Source of the DNA: Lautropia sp.
GTDB taxonomy: Bacteria > Pseudomonadota > Gammaproteobacteria > Burkholderiales > Burkholderiaceae_E
DNA length: 64,000 nucleotides
Reading direction: 5' to 3'
Assembly (NCBI GenBank): GCA_030532895.1
Contig: JAUNKF010000005.1
Coordinates: 24,780-88,779, forward strand
Shown one piece after another: positions 36,373 through 45,940 of this stretch (its first letter is position 1; every line of letters starts with the position of its first letter). The notes beneath the pieces were generated by a model. The model did no database searches, had not been told where the DNA came from, and was given only the letters and a program-made list of their open reading frames with translations. A program made the position numbers and the translations under genes.

Positions 36373-37347
36373 TCAGAGAGGGGTGATGCGGACTTGCTGG
36401 GCCAGGGCTTCGATGTCGCTGATGGGTGGTAGCGAGTAATCGATGCGTTGGATGCGGCCTGCGGCGCAGGCCATGCCCCAGACGGCCGCCTCCGGGAAGG
36501 GCTTGCCACGCAGCAGTGCGGCGGTGGTACCGGCCACCAGTGTGTCACCGGCGCCCACGGTGGTGGCGACATTGACTTTGGGGGGCTTGCCTATCCAGCG
36601 TCCTTCAGGGCCAATGATCAGTGCCCCCTCGCCGCCGAGCGACACGACGACACGCTGAACGCCACCGGCGCGCAGTTGTTCGGCGGCTTCGATCAGGTCG
36701 TCCTGACTGTCGAGTGGGCGGCCAACCAGCTCTTCCAGCTCGGACTTGTTCGGTTTGATCATCAACGGCCCGACAGTGGGAGAGACTTCATTGGCCCAAC
36801 CTTTCAGCAGCTCACCCAGTGAAGCGCCTGCCACGTCCACGATCAGGTGAACGCCTTTTTCGGTAAGCAGGCGGGCCAGCCGGAACCAGGTGTGCACGTC
36901 GCAGCCGGGAGGCAGGCTGCCGGCCAGCTCGCACCAGTCACCCGCGCGGGTCAGGTTGTTGACCCGTTCGAGCAGTGCGTCTTCGGCTCGGGCACGTTCG
37001 GCAGGCCCCAGATGCTGGCCCGGCAGGTTGATGTCGGTGGATTCGCTACGCAGTGCATCGACGAGCTTGACGTTGGTACGGGTGCTGCCGGGCAGCCGGA
37101 TCATGGCGTCCTTGATCCGGTGGGTTTCGAAGGCGTTCACGAAGAGGCCGTCGTTGTCGCTGCCGATCCAGCCGGTGGCGATGGTCGGAATGCCCAGTTC
37201 GGCCAGAATGATCGAGACGCCGATCCCTTTGCCGCCGGCGGTGCTGGTGAATCCGGTGGCGCGATGCACTTCGCCGGGAATCAGCTCTTTCAGCGGAATG
37301 GTCTGGTCAATGGCTGGGTTCAGCGTGACGGTCAATACCTGGATCAT
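36373..37347 (-). CDS. fruK: 1-phosphofructokinase
   Basis: PfkB family with the GG motif (TAGGKGIGVS) and C-terminal GAGD; classic FruK. It overlaps the fruB stop by 4 nt. Confidence 0.9.
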   Translation of the reverse strand: MIQVLTVTLNPAIDQTIPLKELIPGEVHRATGFTSTAGGKGIGVSIILAELGIPTIATGWIGSDNDGLFVNAFETHRIKDAMIRLPGSTRTNVKLVDALRSESTDINLPGQHLGPAERARAEDALLERVNNLTRAGDWCELAGSLPPGCDVHTWFRLARLLTEKGVHLIVDVAGASLGELLKGWANEVSPTVGPLMIKPNKSELEELVGRPLDSQDDLIEAAEQLRAGGVQRVVVSLGGEGALIIGPEGRWIGKPPKVNVATTVGAGDTLVAGTTAALLRGKPFPEAAVWGMACAAGRIQRIDYSLPPISDIEALAQQVRITPL

Positions 37348-39953
37348 GTGGAGGCTCCTGCCGGTTGGTTCGAGGCGGATTTGAGTGAGGCGCCGAGCGC
37401 GCGGACATCGGCGACGGTTTCGGCATTGAGGGCTTTCTGGGCCAATGCCTGCAAGTCGCGGAGCGCGTGGCGGCGCAACAGGGCTTTGATGGTGCCGAGG
37501 TCGGTGGTGCTCATGCTCAGCTCGTCCACGCCGAGCCCGACGAGAATGGCGGCACCGAGTGGGTCTCCGGCCAGCCCGCCGCAGACGCCGACATGCCGTT
37601 TGTAGGGGCGGGCGCCTGCCACGGTTTCGGCGATCAGCCGAAGCACGGCGGGGTGCAGGCCATCGGCCATCGCGGCCAGCTCCGGGTGCTGCCGGTCGAT
37701 GGCCAGCGTGTATTGGGTGAGGTCGTTGGTGCCGATCGAGAAGAAATCGACGTGCTTGGCAAAGCGGTCTGCCATCTGGGCAGCCGAGGGGACTTCGATC
37801 ATGATGCCGATCGGCACCTGGGGGCCGCCGACAGCCTGCCGGATGGCTTCGGTCTGCTCGCGTAAGCTCAGCACTTCTTCGATGGTGCTGATCATCGGGA
37901 ACATGATCGAGAGCGGCCCGTGCTGAGCGGCCCGGTAGAGGGCACGCAGTTGGGGTTCGAGCAGATCCTGGCGCCGGAGCAGCAGACGTGCGCCGCGTAC
38001 GCCGAGGAAGGGGTTTTCTTCATGGGGCAGCGCCATGTGAGGCACCTGCTTGTCGCCGCCGATGTCGAGGGTGCGCACGATCAGCGGCTTGCCGGCCAGC
38101 ACGTTCACCATGGCCCGATAGACTTCGTACTGCTCGTCTTCGTTGGGGATGTGGTCACGCTCCAGAAACAGGAATTCGGTGCGCATCAGCCCCACCCCTT
38201 CGGCGCCGGCTTCGAGGGCAAGCCGTGCCTGGTCGGCACGGTTGACGTTGGCGCCGATCTCGATGCGATGGCCGTCGGTGGTGGTCGCCGGTTGCATCCG
38301 GCTTCGGGTTTCATCGTCCTTCAGCCGCTCGATATGGGCGATGTGCTGGCGGGCCTCGGCCAAGGCGGCGTCGGTCGGGGCGATGTAGAGGGCGCCACGG
38401 TAGCCGTCCAGAATGGCTTTGACCTGGCCGCCCTCGACGAGCGAGGGGGCCAGCACGCCAGCGCCTGCCGCGACCACCGCGGGCAGGCCGAGTGCGCGGG
38501 CGAGAATGGCCGTGTGGGCGGTGGGGCCGCCCTTGGCCGTGCAGAAGCCTTGCACGCGGCTGGTGTCGATCTGTGCCGTAAAGGAAGGGGCCAGATCATC
38601 TGCCAGCAAAATGGTGTCTTCGGGCCAGTCCTGGGTGGCGGTGCTGCTCTCGGCCTTGCCAAGCAGGTTGCGTAGTACCCGTTCGCCAATGTCCTGCAAG
38701 TCGGCCGCTCGGGCGGCCAGGGTGGCATCTTTGAGGGTTTGCTGGGCATTGAGCCGTTGGGCCAGCGAATGCTGCCAGGCCCAGGCTGCGCCATGACCGG
38801 CCACGATCGTGCGGGTCACTTCCTGTACCCAGGCCGCATCACGCAGCAAATCCAGATGGGCCTTGAAGATGTTGGCCTGATCGTTCTTGCCGGCACGATC
38901 GGCATGGGAGATCAGGGTGCCGAGTTGTTGTTCCGACAGGGACAGTGCCCGATCGAGTTTGGCTGCTTCCTGGCTGATGCCTTCGAAATGATCAGCCACT
39001 TCCAGAGCCTGGGTGGTCGCCAGCACGAGTGTGCCGATCACGAGGCCAGGTGCGGCGGCGATGCCTCGAAAGGTGCTGGCGGCCGTTGGTTCCCAATTGC
39101 CCAGTTCGCGGCCCAGTCCTTGAGCCTGGCTTTGACGGGTTTCGGCCAGCTTGGCCTGGCGAATTTCTTCGTCGCCCAATAATTTGATGATGCCGAGCAG
39201 CGCGCTGATGGCCGATTGTGCATCGTCGCCTTGTGCTGAAACCCGAAGCTGGGCGTTGTGCCCGGCGCCGAGGCTCAAAAGCGAAGCCACGCTGCGGGCA
39301 TCGGCGATGATGTCGCCGCAGCGTACATGAATCCTGGCCTTGAATCGTCGGGCAGTGTCGGCCCATTGGCCAGCAGGACGCGCATGCAGGCCGTTCGGAT
39401 AGTTCAGCGTGATCGACTGGCCGATGGGGAAGTCTTCGAGCGTCGGGCCGGCAGGCGTGCTGCTTTCGCCGGTGAGTGCGTCGATGATGTCCTGGGCGTT
39501 GCTGGTCTGCTGCAGCTGCTGCATGCGGGTTTCATCGCGCATCAGTCGCGTGAGCTTGCGAAGCACCTGGATGTGTTCATCCGAGGCGGCTGCGATGGCG
39601 ACGACGAGCCTGACCTGCTGGTCGTGGCCTTCGGCATCCTTGCCCCAGACGACGCCCGAAGGCACTTGCAGCACGCCCAGACCGGTCTGGTTCACCAGGT
39701 GCTTTTCTTCGACCATGCCGTGGGGAATGGCCACGCCCTGGCCGAGGAAGGTGGTGGCGACCTGCTCACGCTTGAGCAGGCTCTCGACGAAGGCGGGTTG
39801 GGCGAATCCGGCATCGACCAGCAGCTGGCCGGCGGCGCGGATGGCATCGTCGCGGTTGGGCACGGCGGCGTCGAGCCGTACCTCGACGGGGGTTTTTTCC
39901 AGAGAGTTTGACATCGCTTTCACAGGGGAAAGCGCCGGCCGGATGACGGGCAC
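37344..39953 (-). CDS. fruB: Fused PTS EIIA(Fru)-HPr-Enzyme I multiphosphoryl transfer protein (FruB-like, Pseudomonas type)
   Basis: N-terminal EIIA-Fru (FLGQGVAIPHG), central HPr-like (NGLHARPAGQWADTARRF), C-terminal EI with PEP-utilizing motifs (GGPTAHTAILARALGLPAVV, ...[14 protein letters not shown]). 869 aa. Confidence 0.9.
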   Translation of the reverse strand: MPVIRPALSPVKAMSNSLEKTPVEVRLDAAVPNRDDAIRAAGQLLVDAGFAQPAFVESLLKREQVATTFLGQGVAIPHGMVEEKHLVNQTGLGVLQVPSGVVWGKDAEGHDQQVRLVVAIAAASDEHIQVLRKLTRLMRDETRMQQLQQTSNAQDIIDALTGESSTPAGPTLEDFPIGQSITLNYPNGLHARPAGQWADTARRFKARIHVRCGDIIADARSVASLLSLGAGHNAQLRVSAQGDDAQSAISALLGIIKLLGDEEIRQAKLAETRQSQAQGLGRELGNWEPTAASTFRGIAAAPGLVIGTLVLATTQALEVADHFEGISQEAAKLDRALSLSEQQLGTLISHADRAGKNDQANIFKAHLDLLRDAAWVQEVTRTIVAGHGAAWAWQHSLAQRLNAQQTLKDATLAARAADLQDIGERVLRNLLGKAESSTATQDWPEDTILLADDLAPSFTAQIDTSRVQGFCTAKGGPTAHTAILARALGLPAVVAAGAGVLAPSLVEGGQVKAILDGYRGALYIAPTDAALAEARQHIAHIERLKDDETRSRMQPATTTDGHRIEIGANVNRADQARLALEAGAEGVGLMRTEFLFLERDHIPNEDEQYEVYRAMVNVLAGKPLIVRTLDIGGDKQVPHMALPHEENPFLGVRGARLLLRRQDLLEPQLRALYRAAQHGPLSIMFPMISTIEEVLSLREQTEAIRQAVGGPQVPIGIMIEVPSAAQMADRFAKHVDFFSIGTNDLTQYTLAIDRQHPELAAMADGLHPAVLRLIAETVAGARPYKRHVGVCGGLAGDPLGAAILVGLGVDELSMSTTDLGTIKALLRRHALRDLQALAQKALNAETVADVRALGASLKSASNQPAGAST

Positions 39954-40119
39954 CAGGGCGCAAGCCGGGTCTGCCCTTTTCGGGAGGGGCTGGCGTGCCG
40001 GGGTGTTCGGACAAGGCGGGCGCGGGGAAATGGCGGGAGTGGATCCACCGGCTTCGTGTCATGCGCGGGCAGCCGAATCAGTGGCAAACCGTCGCATGAC
40101 ACTTTGGGTGGCGAATCAA

Positions 40120-40545
40120 TTATTTGATCAGGGTGACAGGCACGTTGACGAGATTCAGCACGCCAGTGGCGACCGAGCCGAGCAACAGGCCCGAGAAGCG
40201 GTTCAGACCACGGGTACCCATGACGATCTGGTCGATCTTGTCCGTGTCGACGTGCTTGGCGATGATGGTGGGCGCATAGCCTTGGTCATGGCTTGATTCG
40301 AAGTCGATGCCGGCATCGGCGAGGCGCTTTTCTGCGGGGGCAAGCGCGCTGCGGGCTTCTTCTTCGACGTAAGCGTCCAGGTCTGCCTTGCTGATGTAGG
40401 CGCGGGCATGACCCGTGAGCATTTCGGGCTGGATGTTCAGCAGCGAGATCGTGTGGTTGGCGCCATTTTGGATCTGGTCGATCACCCACTGGAGTGCGCG
40501 GAGCGCTGGATCCGAGCCATCGATGGGGATGAGAATCTTGGCCAT
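40120..40545 (-). CDS. uspA: Universal stress protein UspA
   Basis: MAKILIPIDGSDPALRALQWV...IVMGTRGLNRFSGLLLGSVATGVLNLVNVPVTLIK. Confidence 0.9.
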   Translation of the reverse strand: MAKILIPIDGSDPALRALQWVIDQIQNGANHTISLLNIQPEMLTGHARAYISKADLDAYVEEEARSALAPAEKRLADAGIDFESSHDQGYAPTIIAKHVDTDKIDQIVMGTRGLNRFSGLLLGSVATGVLNLVNVPVTLIK

Positions 40546-40702
40546 GTGTCTGTCGCCTCATGAAGATGCACCCGAGGGGTGCGGATGGAGCGCGGGCGAG
40601 GAAGGGCGGGTCAGGACAGTCGTGTCATGACGGGGGTTAACCTTCTTCAACAAAGAATGTTAACGGCTAAGCTCGTGTCCTGTCTGCGAAGGCGACCAAG
40701 TT

Positions 40703-41572
40703 GTGGGTTCGATAGAATCGCTGGCCTTGTCTTCGGATATGCCTGATGATGCGTCTGGATCGATCGATTTTGCTGTTACCGTCGGCGCGTTGCCGGCGGG
40801 TTGCCAGAGGGCAGGCATGATGGCGCGTGCCCGATCGAAGGCGATGACGGGTAACCATCCTGGCCGCACTGGCCCGCGTACTGGTCGTGTCGGTCGTGCT
40901 GGCGCTTCGGGTGGGTCTTCTTCCGGGCGCCTGGCCGCACGCCGTCAGGCATCCTCTCGTCCGCCAGCCTCCAAGCCTTTGCCTTCCAAAGAGGCCGTGC
41001 AGGCATTGCCGCCTTTCGAGCGTCTGGCCGATGAGGCCATCGTCATGGTGACGCCCTCGCAGGCGCATGCGGTGGCGGCCGAGATTGCCACGCATCCTGT
41101 CGTGGGTTTTGATACCGAGTCGAAGCCCGTTTTCGTGCGCGGGCAGGTACAGGAGGGGCCACATCTGGTGCAGTTTGCCGTGGCCGATCGGGCCTGGCTG
41201 TTTTCGATGGGAGATGAGCAGAGTGTGGCGGCCGTCGCCGGGCTGATGCAGCAGGCTGGTCTGCGGAAGGTCGGCTTCGGGTTGGCGGCCGATCGGGCGC
41301 TCCTTGCCCGTCGTCTGGGCGCAGCCCCTGTCTCGATGATCGATCTGGACAGCGTCTACCGGCAGCTCGGCTATCGGCATTCCACCGGCATTCGCATGGC
41401 CGTGGCCATCACCTTTGGCCGTTATTTCGAGAAGTCGAAGACGATCGGCAAGTCGGACTGGTCACGGCAGCCGCTGTCGGTGCCGCAGCGCCGTTATGCG
41501 GCTCACGATGCCTGGGGGGCCTTTCGGGTTTATCAGGCGCTGGTGGCGCAGCAGGTCGAGATCCGCCCTTAG
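40703..41572 (+). CDS. 3'-5' exonuclease (RNase D-like DEDDy domain) with Arg/Ser/Gly-rich N-terminal extension
   Basis: VGFDTESKPVF...LVQFAV... and the C-terminal YAAHDAWGAFRVYQAL (the Y-x3-D of the DEDDy fold). The start is uncertain because of the low-complexity N-terminus. Confidence 0.7.
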   Translation: MGSIESLALSSDMPDDASGSIDFAVTVGALPAGCQRAGMMARARSKAMTGNHPGRTGPRTGRVGRAGASGGSSSGRLAARRQASSRPPASKPLPSKEAVQALPPFERLADEAIVMVTPSQAHAVAAEIATHPVVGFDTESKPVFVRGQVQEGPHLVQFAVADRAWLFSMGDEQSVAAVAGLMQQAGLRKVGFGLAADRALLARRLGAAPVSMIDLDSVYRQLGYRHSTGIRMAVAITFGRYFEKSKTIGKSDWSRQPLSVPQRRYAAHDAWGAFRVYQALVAQQVEIRP

Positions 41573-41827
41573 CGTGTGCAGGCACGTGCCCTGATTCGTC
41601 TGCACGAAACCTCCTCCCCGCTGGCGCCAAAACCGCAGGCTGACGACGTTGCCACGCTTGGGAAGGCATCGGGCCTAGGCGGGGCGTGGCGCCTTGTCAG
41701 CCCGCGGTTTCGGGGGCAGCGCAGGGACGAACAAGTTCATGACAGGCGCGAGTGATCAACCCGAGCCTGTCTATGATTCCGTGCGGATGCCGCACATCGA
41801 GGGATGCAGGGCATATGCGCACGGGGG

Positions 41828-42142
41828 TCAGACTCCCCAGGTCACGTCGGCATCGGCTGCTTTGGCTTGCTCCAGCATCTCGATCAGCGGATAGACGCGC
41901 TGGCGAAGGCTGACGAAGGGTTCTTTGGGCGTGTCGTCATCCTGTGGTTTGGCGGCGTCGGCTGGCGGTGGTGGTTCGTCGTCGGCGGCCTTTTGCAAGG
42001 CGGCGATGGCGCCAGGGATTTGGGCGACCGTGATGATGCCGGTGGGGTCGGGATCCTTGCCGATGATGCGCAGAATCTCGGCCCCTGTCTTGCTGGTCAT
42101 CGTGATGGTGCCGGTGGCCCGGCTGCGAAATTCATACAGCAT
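41828..42142 (-). CDS. DUF1840 domain-containing protein
   Basis: MLYEFRSRATGTITMTSKTGAEILRIIGKDPD is the DUF1840 N-terminus (MLYKFKSKAAGDVIM...). 104 aa. Confidence 0.6.
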   Translation of the reverse strand: MLYEFRSRATGTITMTSKTGAEILRIIGKDPDPTGIITVAQIPGAIAALQKAADDEPPPPADAAKPQDDDTPKEPFVSLRQRVYPLIEMLEQAKAADADVTWGV

Positions 42143-42169
42143 CGTCTGTGTTCTCCTGTTTGTGTTTGT

Positions 42170-42222
42170 CGTGTCTGATTCTAGAGCGTGTCATCCACTT
42201 GTTCGGCCCCGTGAAAGCGCCT
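42170..42222. repeat. Dispersed intergenic repeat, copy C (full length: TAGAGCGTGTCATC..CTTGTTCGGCCCCGTGAAAGCGCCTCTGGGCGCGCAG)
   Basis: The most complete copy, carrying both the 5' module shared with B and E and the 3' core shared with A. It lies between the DUF1840 start and the comM stop. Confidence 0.55.
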
Positions 42223-42253
42223 CTGGGCGCGCAGCACTGCGTGGCCGGCCGCG

Positions 42254-43822
42254 CTAGGCTGCTTCGGCCAGGTGCAGGTGGTCGAGCGGGCGTCGCAAGG
42301 CCACGGCCTCGGCCAGGTGCGGCGCCTCGATGCAGGGGCTGCCAGCCAGGTCGGCAATGGTGCGGGCCAGTCTGAGGCATTTGTGCTGGCTGCGTACCGA
42401 CCAGGCGAAGCGCTCGGCCACCTGATTCAGCAGTTGGCGGGCCGGTAGTGTCAGCGAGAGGCAGTGCTCGAAACGGGCAGCCGGCAGGTGGGCGTTGTGG
42501 CAGCCTTGCCGGGCTGTCTGATGCGTGTGAGCGGCCAGCACGCGCGCAGCGATGGTGGCGGTGTTTTCAGGTGTCTCTGCTGTTGGGCTGCTCAGCGCAT
42601 GTGCGTGTTCGCGGATCATCTCGACCCCGAGGTCGAAGCGTTCGAGCAAGGGGCCGGAGAGCCGTGCCTGGTAGCGCCGGATCTGGGCCGGTGTGCATCG
42701 GCAGTTGCGCGAAGGATCGCCCAGATGGCCGCAGGGGCAGGGGTTCATGGCGGCCACGAGCAGAAAACGTGCCGGATAGGTCTCGCGCAGGGCGCCCCGG
42801 CTCAGTGTGATGCGGCCTGTTTCCAGCGGTTCGCGCAGCGCCTCGATCACGGGGCGCTTGAACTCGGTCAGCTCGTCCAGAAAGAGTACCGATTCGTGGG
42901 CGAGCGAGATCTCGCCGGGCTTTGGGGGATGGCCGCCGCCGAGCAGGCCGGCCGCCGTGATCGAGTGGTGTGGGGATCGGGTGCGGGGGCGCTGGCTGGG
43001 GGTTTCAGGCTGGCCTGCTGCGGCATGAATCATGGCAACGGCCAGTGCCTGTTCGTGGGAGAGTGGCGGCAGGAGACCTGCCAGCCGATGGGCGAGCAGG
43101 CTTTTGCCAGTGCCAGGCGAGCCGCTGAAGAGCAACGGGTGGCGGCCGGCAGCGGCGATCTCCAGTGCCCGTCGTGCCAGGGGCTGGCCGATCACGTCGG
43201 CCATGTCCAGTGTGTCGTCATCGTCGAGCAGGCCGGGCGTGGCGATGTCGGTGTCGTGAGGGCCGGGCCTGTGCCGTGATTCGGCGTCGGTCGGCAGCGG
43301 ATGGGTGCCTTTGAGGTGCCCGATCACTTCGCGCAGATGCTGTGCCGCGTGCAGTCGGGCCAGGCCCACCGGCCGGGCTTCGGCCACGTTGGCACGGGGC
43401 AGGATCAGGGCGCGCTTGGGGTCGTGTTGCACGATGCCTGCCGCCACGGCCAGCGCCGCCCGGATGGGCCGCAGCTCGCCGGATAGCGAGAGTTCGCCCA
43501 CCAGCTCGACATCGGCCAGTGCGCGCAAGGGTAGGTGGCCGGCTGCCGCGGCGATGCCGATGGCAATGGGCAGATCGAAACGGCCGGACTCTTTCGGCAG
43601 GTCGGCCGGGGCCAGATTGACGGTGATGCGCCGATTGGGAAAGTCCAGTCCGCTCTGTTGCAAGGCGGCACGTACCCGTTCGCGGCTTTCCCGCACGGAG
43701 GTTTCAGGTAGGCCGACGATGTGAAAGGCGGGCAGGCCGTTGGCCAGGTGCACCTCGACCGAGACGGGCGGTGCCGACAGGCCGAACAGTGCCCGGCTGT
43801 GGACGACCGCCAGCGTGTTCAT
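42254..43822 (-). CDS. comM: YifB/ComM family Mg-chelatase-like AAA+ ATPase
   Basis: N-terminal Lon-like domain (FHIVGLPETSVRESRERV), Walker A in LLFSGSPGTGKS, and the Mg-chelatase subunit ChlI-like C-terminus. 522 aa. Confidence 0.93.
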   Translation of the reverse strand: MNTLAVVHSRALFGLSAPPVSVEVHLANGLPAFHIVGLPETSVRESRERVRAALQQSGLDFPNRRITVNLAPADLPKESGRFDLPIAIGIAAAAGHLPLRALADVELVGELSLSGELRPIRAALAVAAGIVQHDPKRALILPRANVAEARPVGLARLHAAQHLREVIGHLKGTHPLPTDAESRHRPGPHDTDIATPGLLDDDDTLDMADVIGQPLARRALEIAAAGRHPLLFSGSPGTGKSLLAHRLAGLLPPLSHEQALAVAMIHAAAGQPETPSQRPRTRSPHHSITAAGLLGGGHPPKPGEISLAHESVLFLDELTEFKRPVIEALREPLETGRITLSRGALRETYPARFLLVAAMNPCPCGHLGDPSRNCRCTPAQIRRYQARLSGPLLERFDLGVEMIREHAHALSSPTAETPENTATIAARVLAAHTHQTARQGCHNAHLPAARFEHCLSLTLPARQLLNQVAERFAWSVRSQHKCLRLARTIADLAGSPCIEAPHLAEAVALRRPLDHLHLAEAA

Positions 43823-44079
43823 GATGCGCTGCTGCCGTGCTGGTTGGTCGAGGCGCTGTCCGGCTGATCCAGACGGGCTTCCAGTTGTTCGACCCGTTCG
43901 CGCAGGGCTTGCAACATGGCGGCCTGAATCTCGAACTCCTCGCGGCTGACCAGCTCCAGCTTGTTGAAGGTCTGGCCCATCAGTGCTTTGAGGTTGCGTT
44001 CGAGGTCGGCGGCGGGGCTGGCCCGGAACAGCGCCATCAGCTTGTCCTGAAAGTCCTGAAAGAAAACCTGTTTTTCCAT
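43819..44079 (-). CDS. ubiK: Ubiquinone biosynthesis accessory factor UbiK (YqiC/BMFP family)
   Basis: MEKQVFFQDFQDKLMALF...LELVSREEFEIQAAMLQALRERVEQLEARL matches E. coli UbiK ([30 protein letters not shown]). The track ORF starts 33 nt upstream. Confidence 0.75.
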   Translation of the reverse strand: MEKQVFFQDFQDKLMALFRASPAADLERNLKALMGQTFNKLELVSREEFEIQAAMLQALRERVEQLEARLDQPDSASTNQHGSSAS

Positions 44080-44286
44080 CTGTGGCTCCGGTTGGTGAGG
44101 TTTGTCGTGCATGGTACGCGTATCTGCGCCTTGTTTCAGCCAGCTCAGGCCAAGTGGCCTAGGCTGTATCGTTCGTCATGTTGAATGCTGCATCATGCAT
44201 GCTTGATGCAAGGGGCTTCCTTCTTGGGCGTGCGAGCGCATGGCGCAAGATCATGGCCCTTGCATGTCTGGTCCTTGCACGTCATG

Positions 44287-44323
44287 TCTTCGTCCCCGCC
44301 AAAACCCCTTTGGGCGCGCCGCA
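44287..44323. repeat. Dispersed intergenic repeat, copy D (degenerate: TCTTCGTCCCCGCCAAAACCCCTTTGGGCGCGCCGCA)
   Basis: Shares TTCGTCCCCGC..AAA.C.C.T.TGGGCGCGC with copies A and C. It is upstream of ubiK, so C and D flank comM-ubiK in direct orientation. Confidence 0.4.
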
Positions 44324-44477
44324 CGGCGTTGCTCACGCACGAGCGGGCACAAAGGCGAACAAAGGTGGTAACACGCTCTAAAATGGGCGGATCAGGCAGG
44401 GGCCGTGCGCTGCTTGCTCCATCATCCTTTTGTCGCGTTCACGTCATTTCGCCGCGTCATTCCTTTGCAGGTGCCTC

Positions 44478-45443
44478 ATGGACATTCTTTTCATTCTCGA
44501 CCCCTTTCACTTGTTGAAACCGGAGAAGGAAACCAGTATCGCCATGATGCGGGCAGCCGTGGCGCGTGGCCACAGGGTTTGGGGCTGCTTGCAGGGGGAT
44601 GTGGCCTATGACGATGCTCAGGTCGTGGCCAGGGTGACACCGTTGTCGATCACCGACAAGGACAAGCCTTGGTATGAAGCGGGTGAGCCATGCAGTGAGC
44701 CGCTGTCACGCTTCGATGCCGTGCTGATGCGCAAGGATCCGCCCTTCGACATGGAGTACGTCTACTCGACTTACCTGCTGGAGCGAGCCGTGGCACAGGG
44801 GGCGCGGGTGTACAACCATCCGGCCAGCATCCGCAGTCATAATGAAAAATTTTCCATTACCGAGTTTCCGCAGCTGACGACGGATGTGCTGGTCACCAGA
44901 GACCCGGCCCGCCTGCGGGCTTTCGTCACCCGGCACGGGGAGGCCGTACTGAAGCTGCTCGATGGCATGGGCGGGGCGTCGATCTTCCGGGCGCGGCAGG
45001 ATGATCCGAACCTGTCCGTCATTCTGGAGACGATGAACCAGTTTGGTGCCCGCACGGTGATGGCGCAGCGCTATCTGCCGGCGATCTCGGCGGGCGACAA
45101 ACGCATTCTGTTGATCGACGGCCAGGTGGTGCCGCATGCGCTGGCCCGCATCCCCAAAGTGGGGGAGGCACGGGGCAACATGGCCGCTGGTGGCAAGCCG
45201 GTGGCGCAGCCACTGTCGGCGCGTGATCGCGAGATTGCCGAGTATCTGGCCCCGATCCTCTCGGCGCGTGGGCTGTTCCTCGTGGGGCTGGACGTGATTG
45301 GTGACAGTCTCACCGAGATCAACGTGACCAGCCCGACGGGTTTCATGGAAATCACGGCGCAAACCGGTTTCGACGTGCCGGCCTTCTTCATCGAGCGGCT
45401 CGAAAGCCGCGTGGCGGCCGACAGGGCCACCCAAGAAGCCTGA
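44478..45443 (+). CDS. gshB: Glutathione synthase
   Basis: MDILFILDP...ATP-grasp motifs (FVTRHGEAVLKLLDGMGGASIF, VMAQRYLPAISAGDKRILLIDG), collinear with GshB. Confidence 0.9.
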   Translation: MDILFILDPFHLLKPEKETSIAMMRAAVARGHRVWGCLQGDVAYDDAQVVARVTPLSITDKDKPWYEAGEPCSEPLSRFDAVLMRKDPPFDMEYVYSTYLLERAVAQGARVYNHPASIRSHNEKFSITEFPQLTTDVLVTRDPARLRAFVTRHGEAVLKLLDGMGGASIFRARQDDPNLSVILETMNQFGARTVMAQRYLPAISAGDKRILLIDGQVVPHALARIPKVGEARGNMAAGGKPVAQPLSARDREIAEYLAPILSARGLFLVGLDVIGDSLTEINVTSPTGFMEITAQTGFDVPAFFIERLESRVAADRATQEA

Positions 45444-45457
45444 GCTGGGGGCGTGGG

Positions 45458-45874
45458 ATGATTGCGCTCCTGATCATTGCCCACCAGCCGCTGGCCAGCG
45501 CGTTGCTGGATTGTTGTCGTCATGTCTATCAGGGGCTGCCTGCGCAACTGGCGGCGCTTGACATCATGCCGGATGAGGACCCGGATCAGGCGCTGCAGGG
45601 CGCGAACGCGCTGGCTGGCCGGATGAACGATGGCAGCGGCTTGGTGGTGCTGACCGATCTGTACGGTGCCACGCCTGCCCGGATTGCGGTGCGGCTGGCC
45701 GATGCCGGCCGGGTCAGTGTCCTGTATGGTGTGAATCTGCCGATATTGCTGAAATTGATCAACTACCGGGCCAGTCTGCCGCTCGATGAGCTGGTGGCGT
45801 TGGTCTTGCGTGATCCTGCTGCCGGCATCGGGCTGGTTGACACCCCGCTTTCCACCCAGTGTGGGGGCGACTGA
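45458..45874 (+). CDS. PTS EIIA component, mannose/fructose class
   Basis: MIALLIIAHQPLASALLDCCRHV...LVVLTDLYGATP matches EIIA-Man (active His in IAHxxLA). It occupies the conserved gshB-EIIA-ptsH-ptsI position seen in betaproteobacteria. Confidence 0.8.
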   Translation: MIALLIIAHQPLASALLDCCRHVYQGLPAQLAALDIMPDEDPDQALQGANALAGRMNDGSGLVVLTDLYGATPARIAVRLADAGRVSVLYGVNLPILLKLINYRASLPLDELVALVLRDPAAGIGLVDTPLSTQCGGD

Positions 45875-45940
45875 GCGCATGGCATGAGCCTGGCCGGGCC
45901 TGTGTCTGCCGCCCTTCCCAATCACTCCCTGAGAGGACTC

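Noticed and set aside
34386-36386. 316-aa and 327-aa plus ORFs antisense to fruA
   Set aside because: Gly/Ala/His-rich artefacts; fruA is supported over its full length.
37920-40296. Multiple plus-strand ORFs (251, 147, 217, 295 aa) antisense to fruB
   Set aside because: fruB (EIIA-HPr-EI) is unambiguous on the minus strand.
40601-40700. TTAAC-N17-GTTAA inverted repeat upstream of uspA as a possible FNR/CRP site
   Set aside because: The spacing and half-sites do not fit the FNR (TTGAT-N4-ATCAA) or CRP consensus, and the evidence is too weak to call.
42448-43724. Plus-strand ORFs (120, 271, 139 aa) antisense to comM
   Set aside because: comM is supported by Walker A and Lon-like domains; the antisense frames are artefacts.
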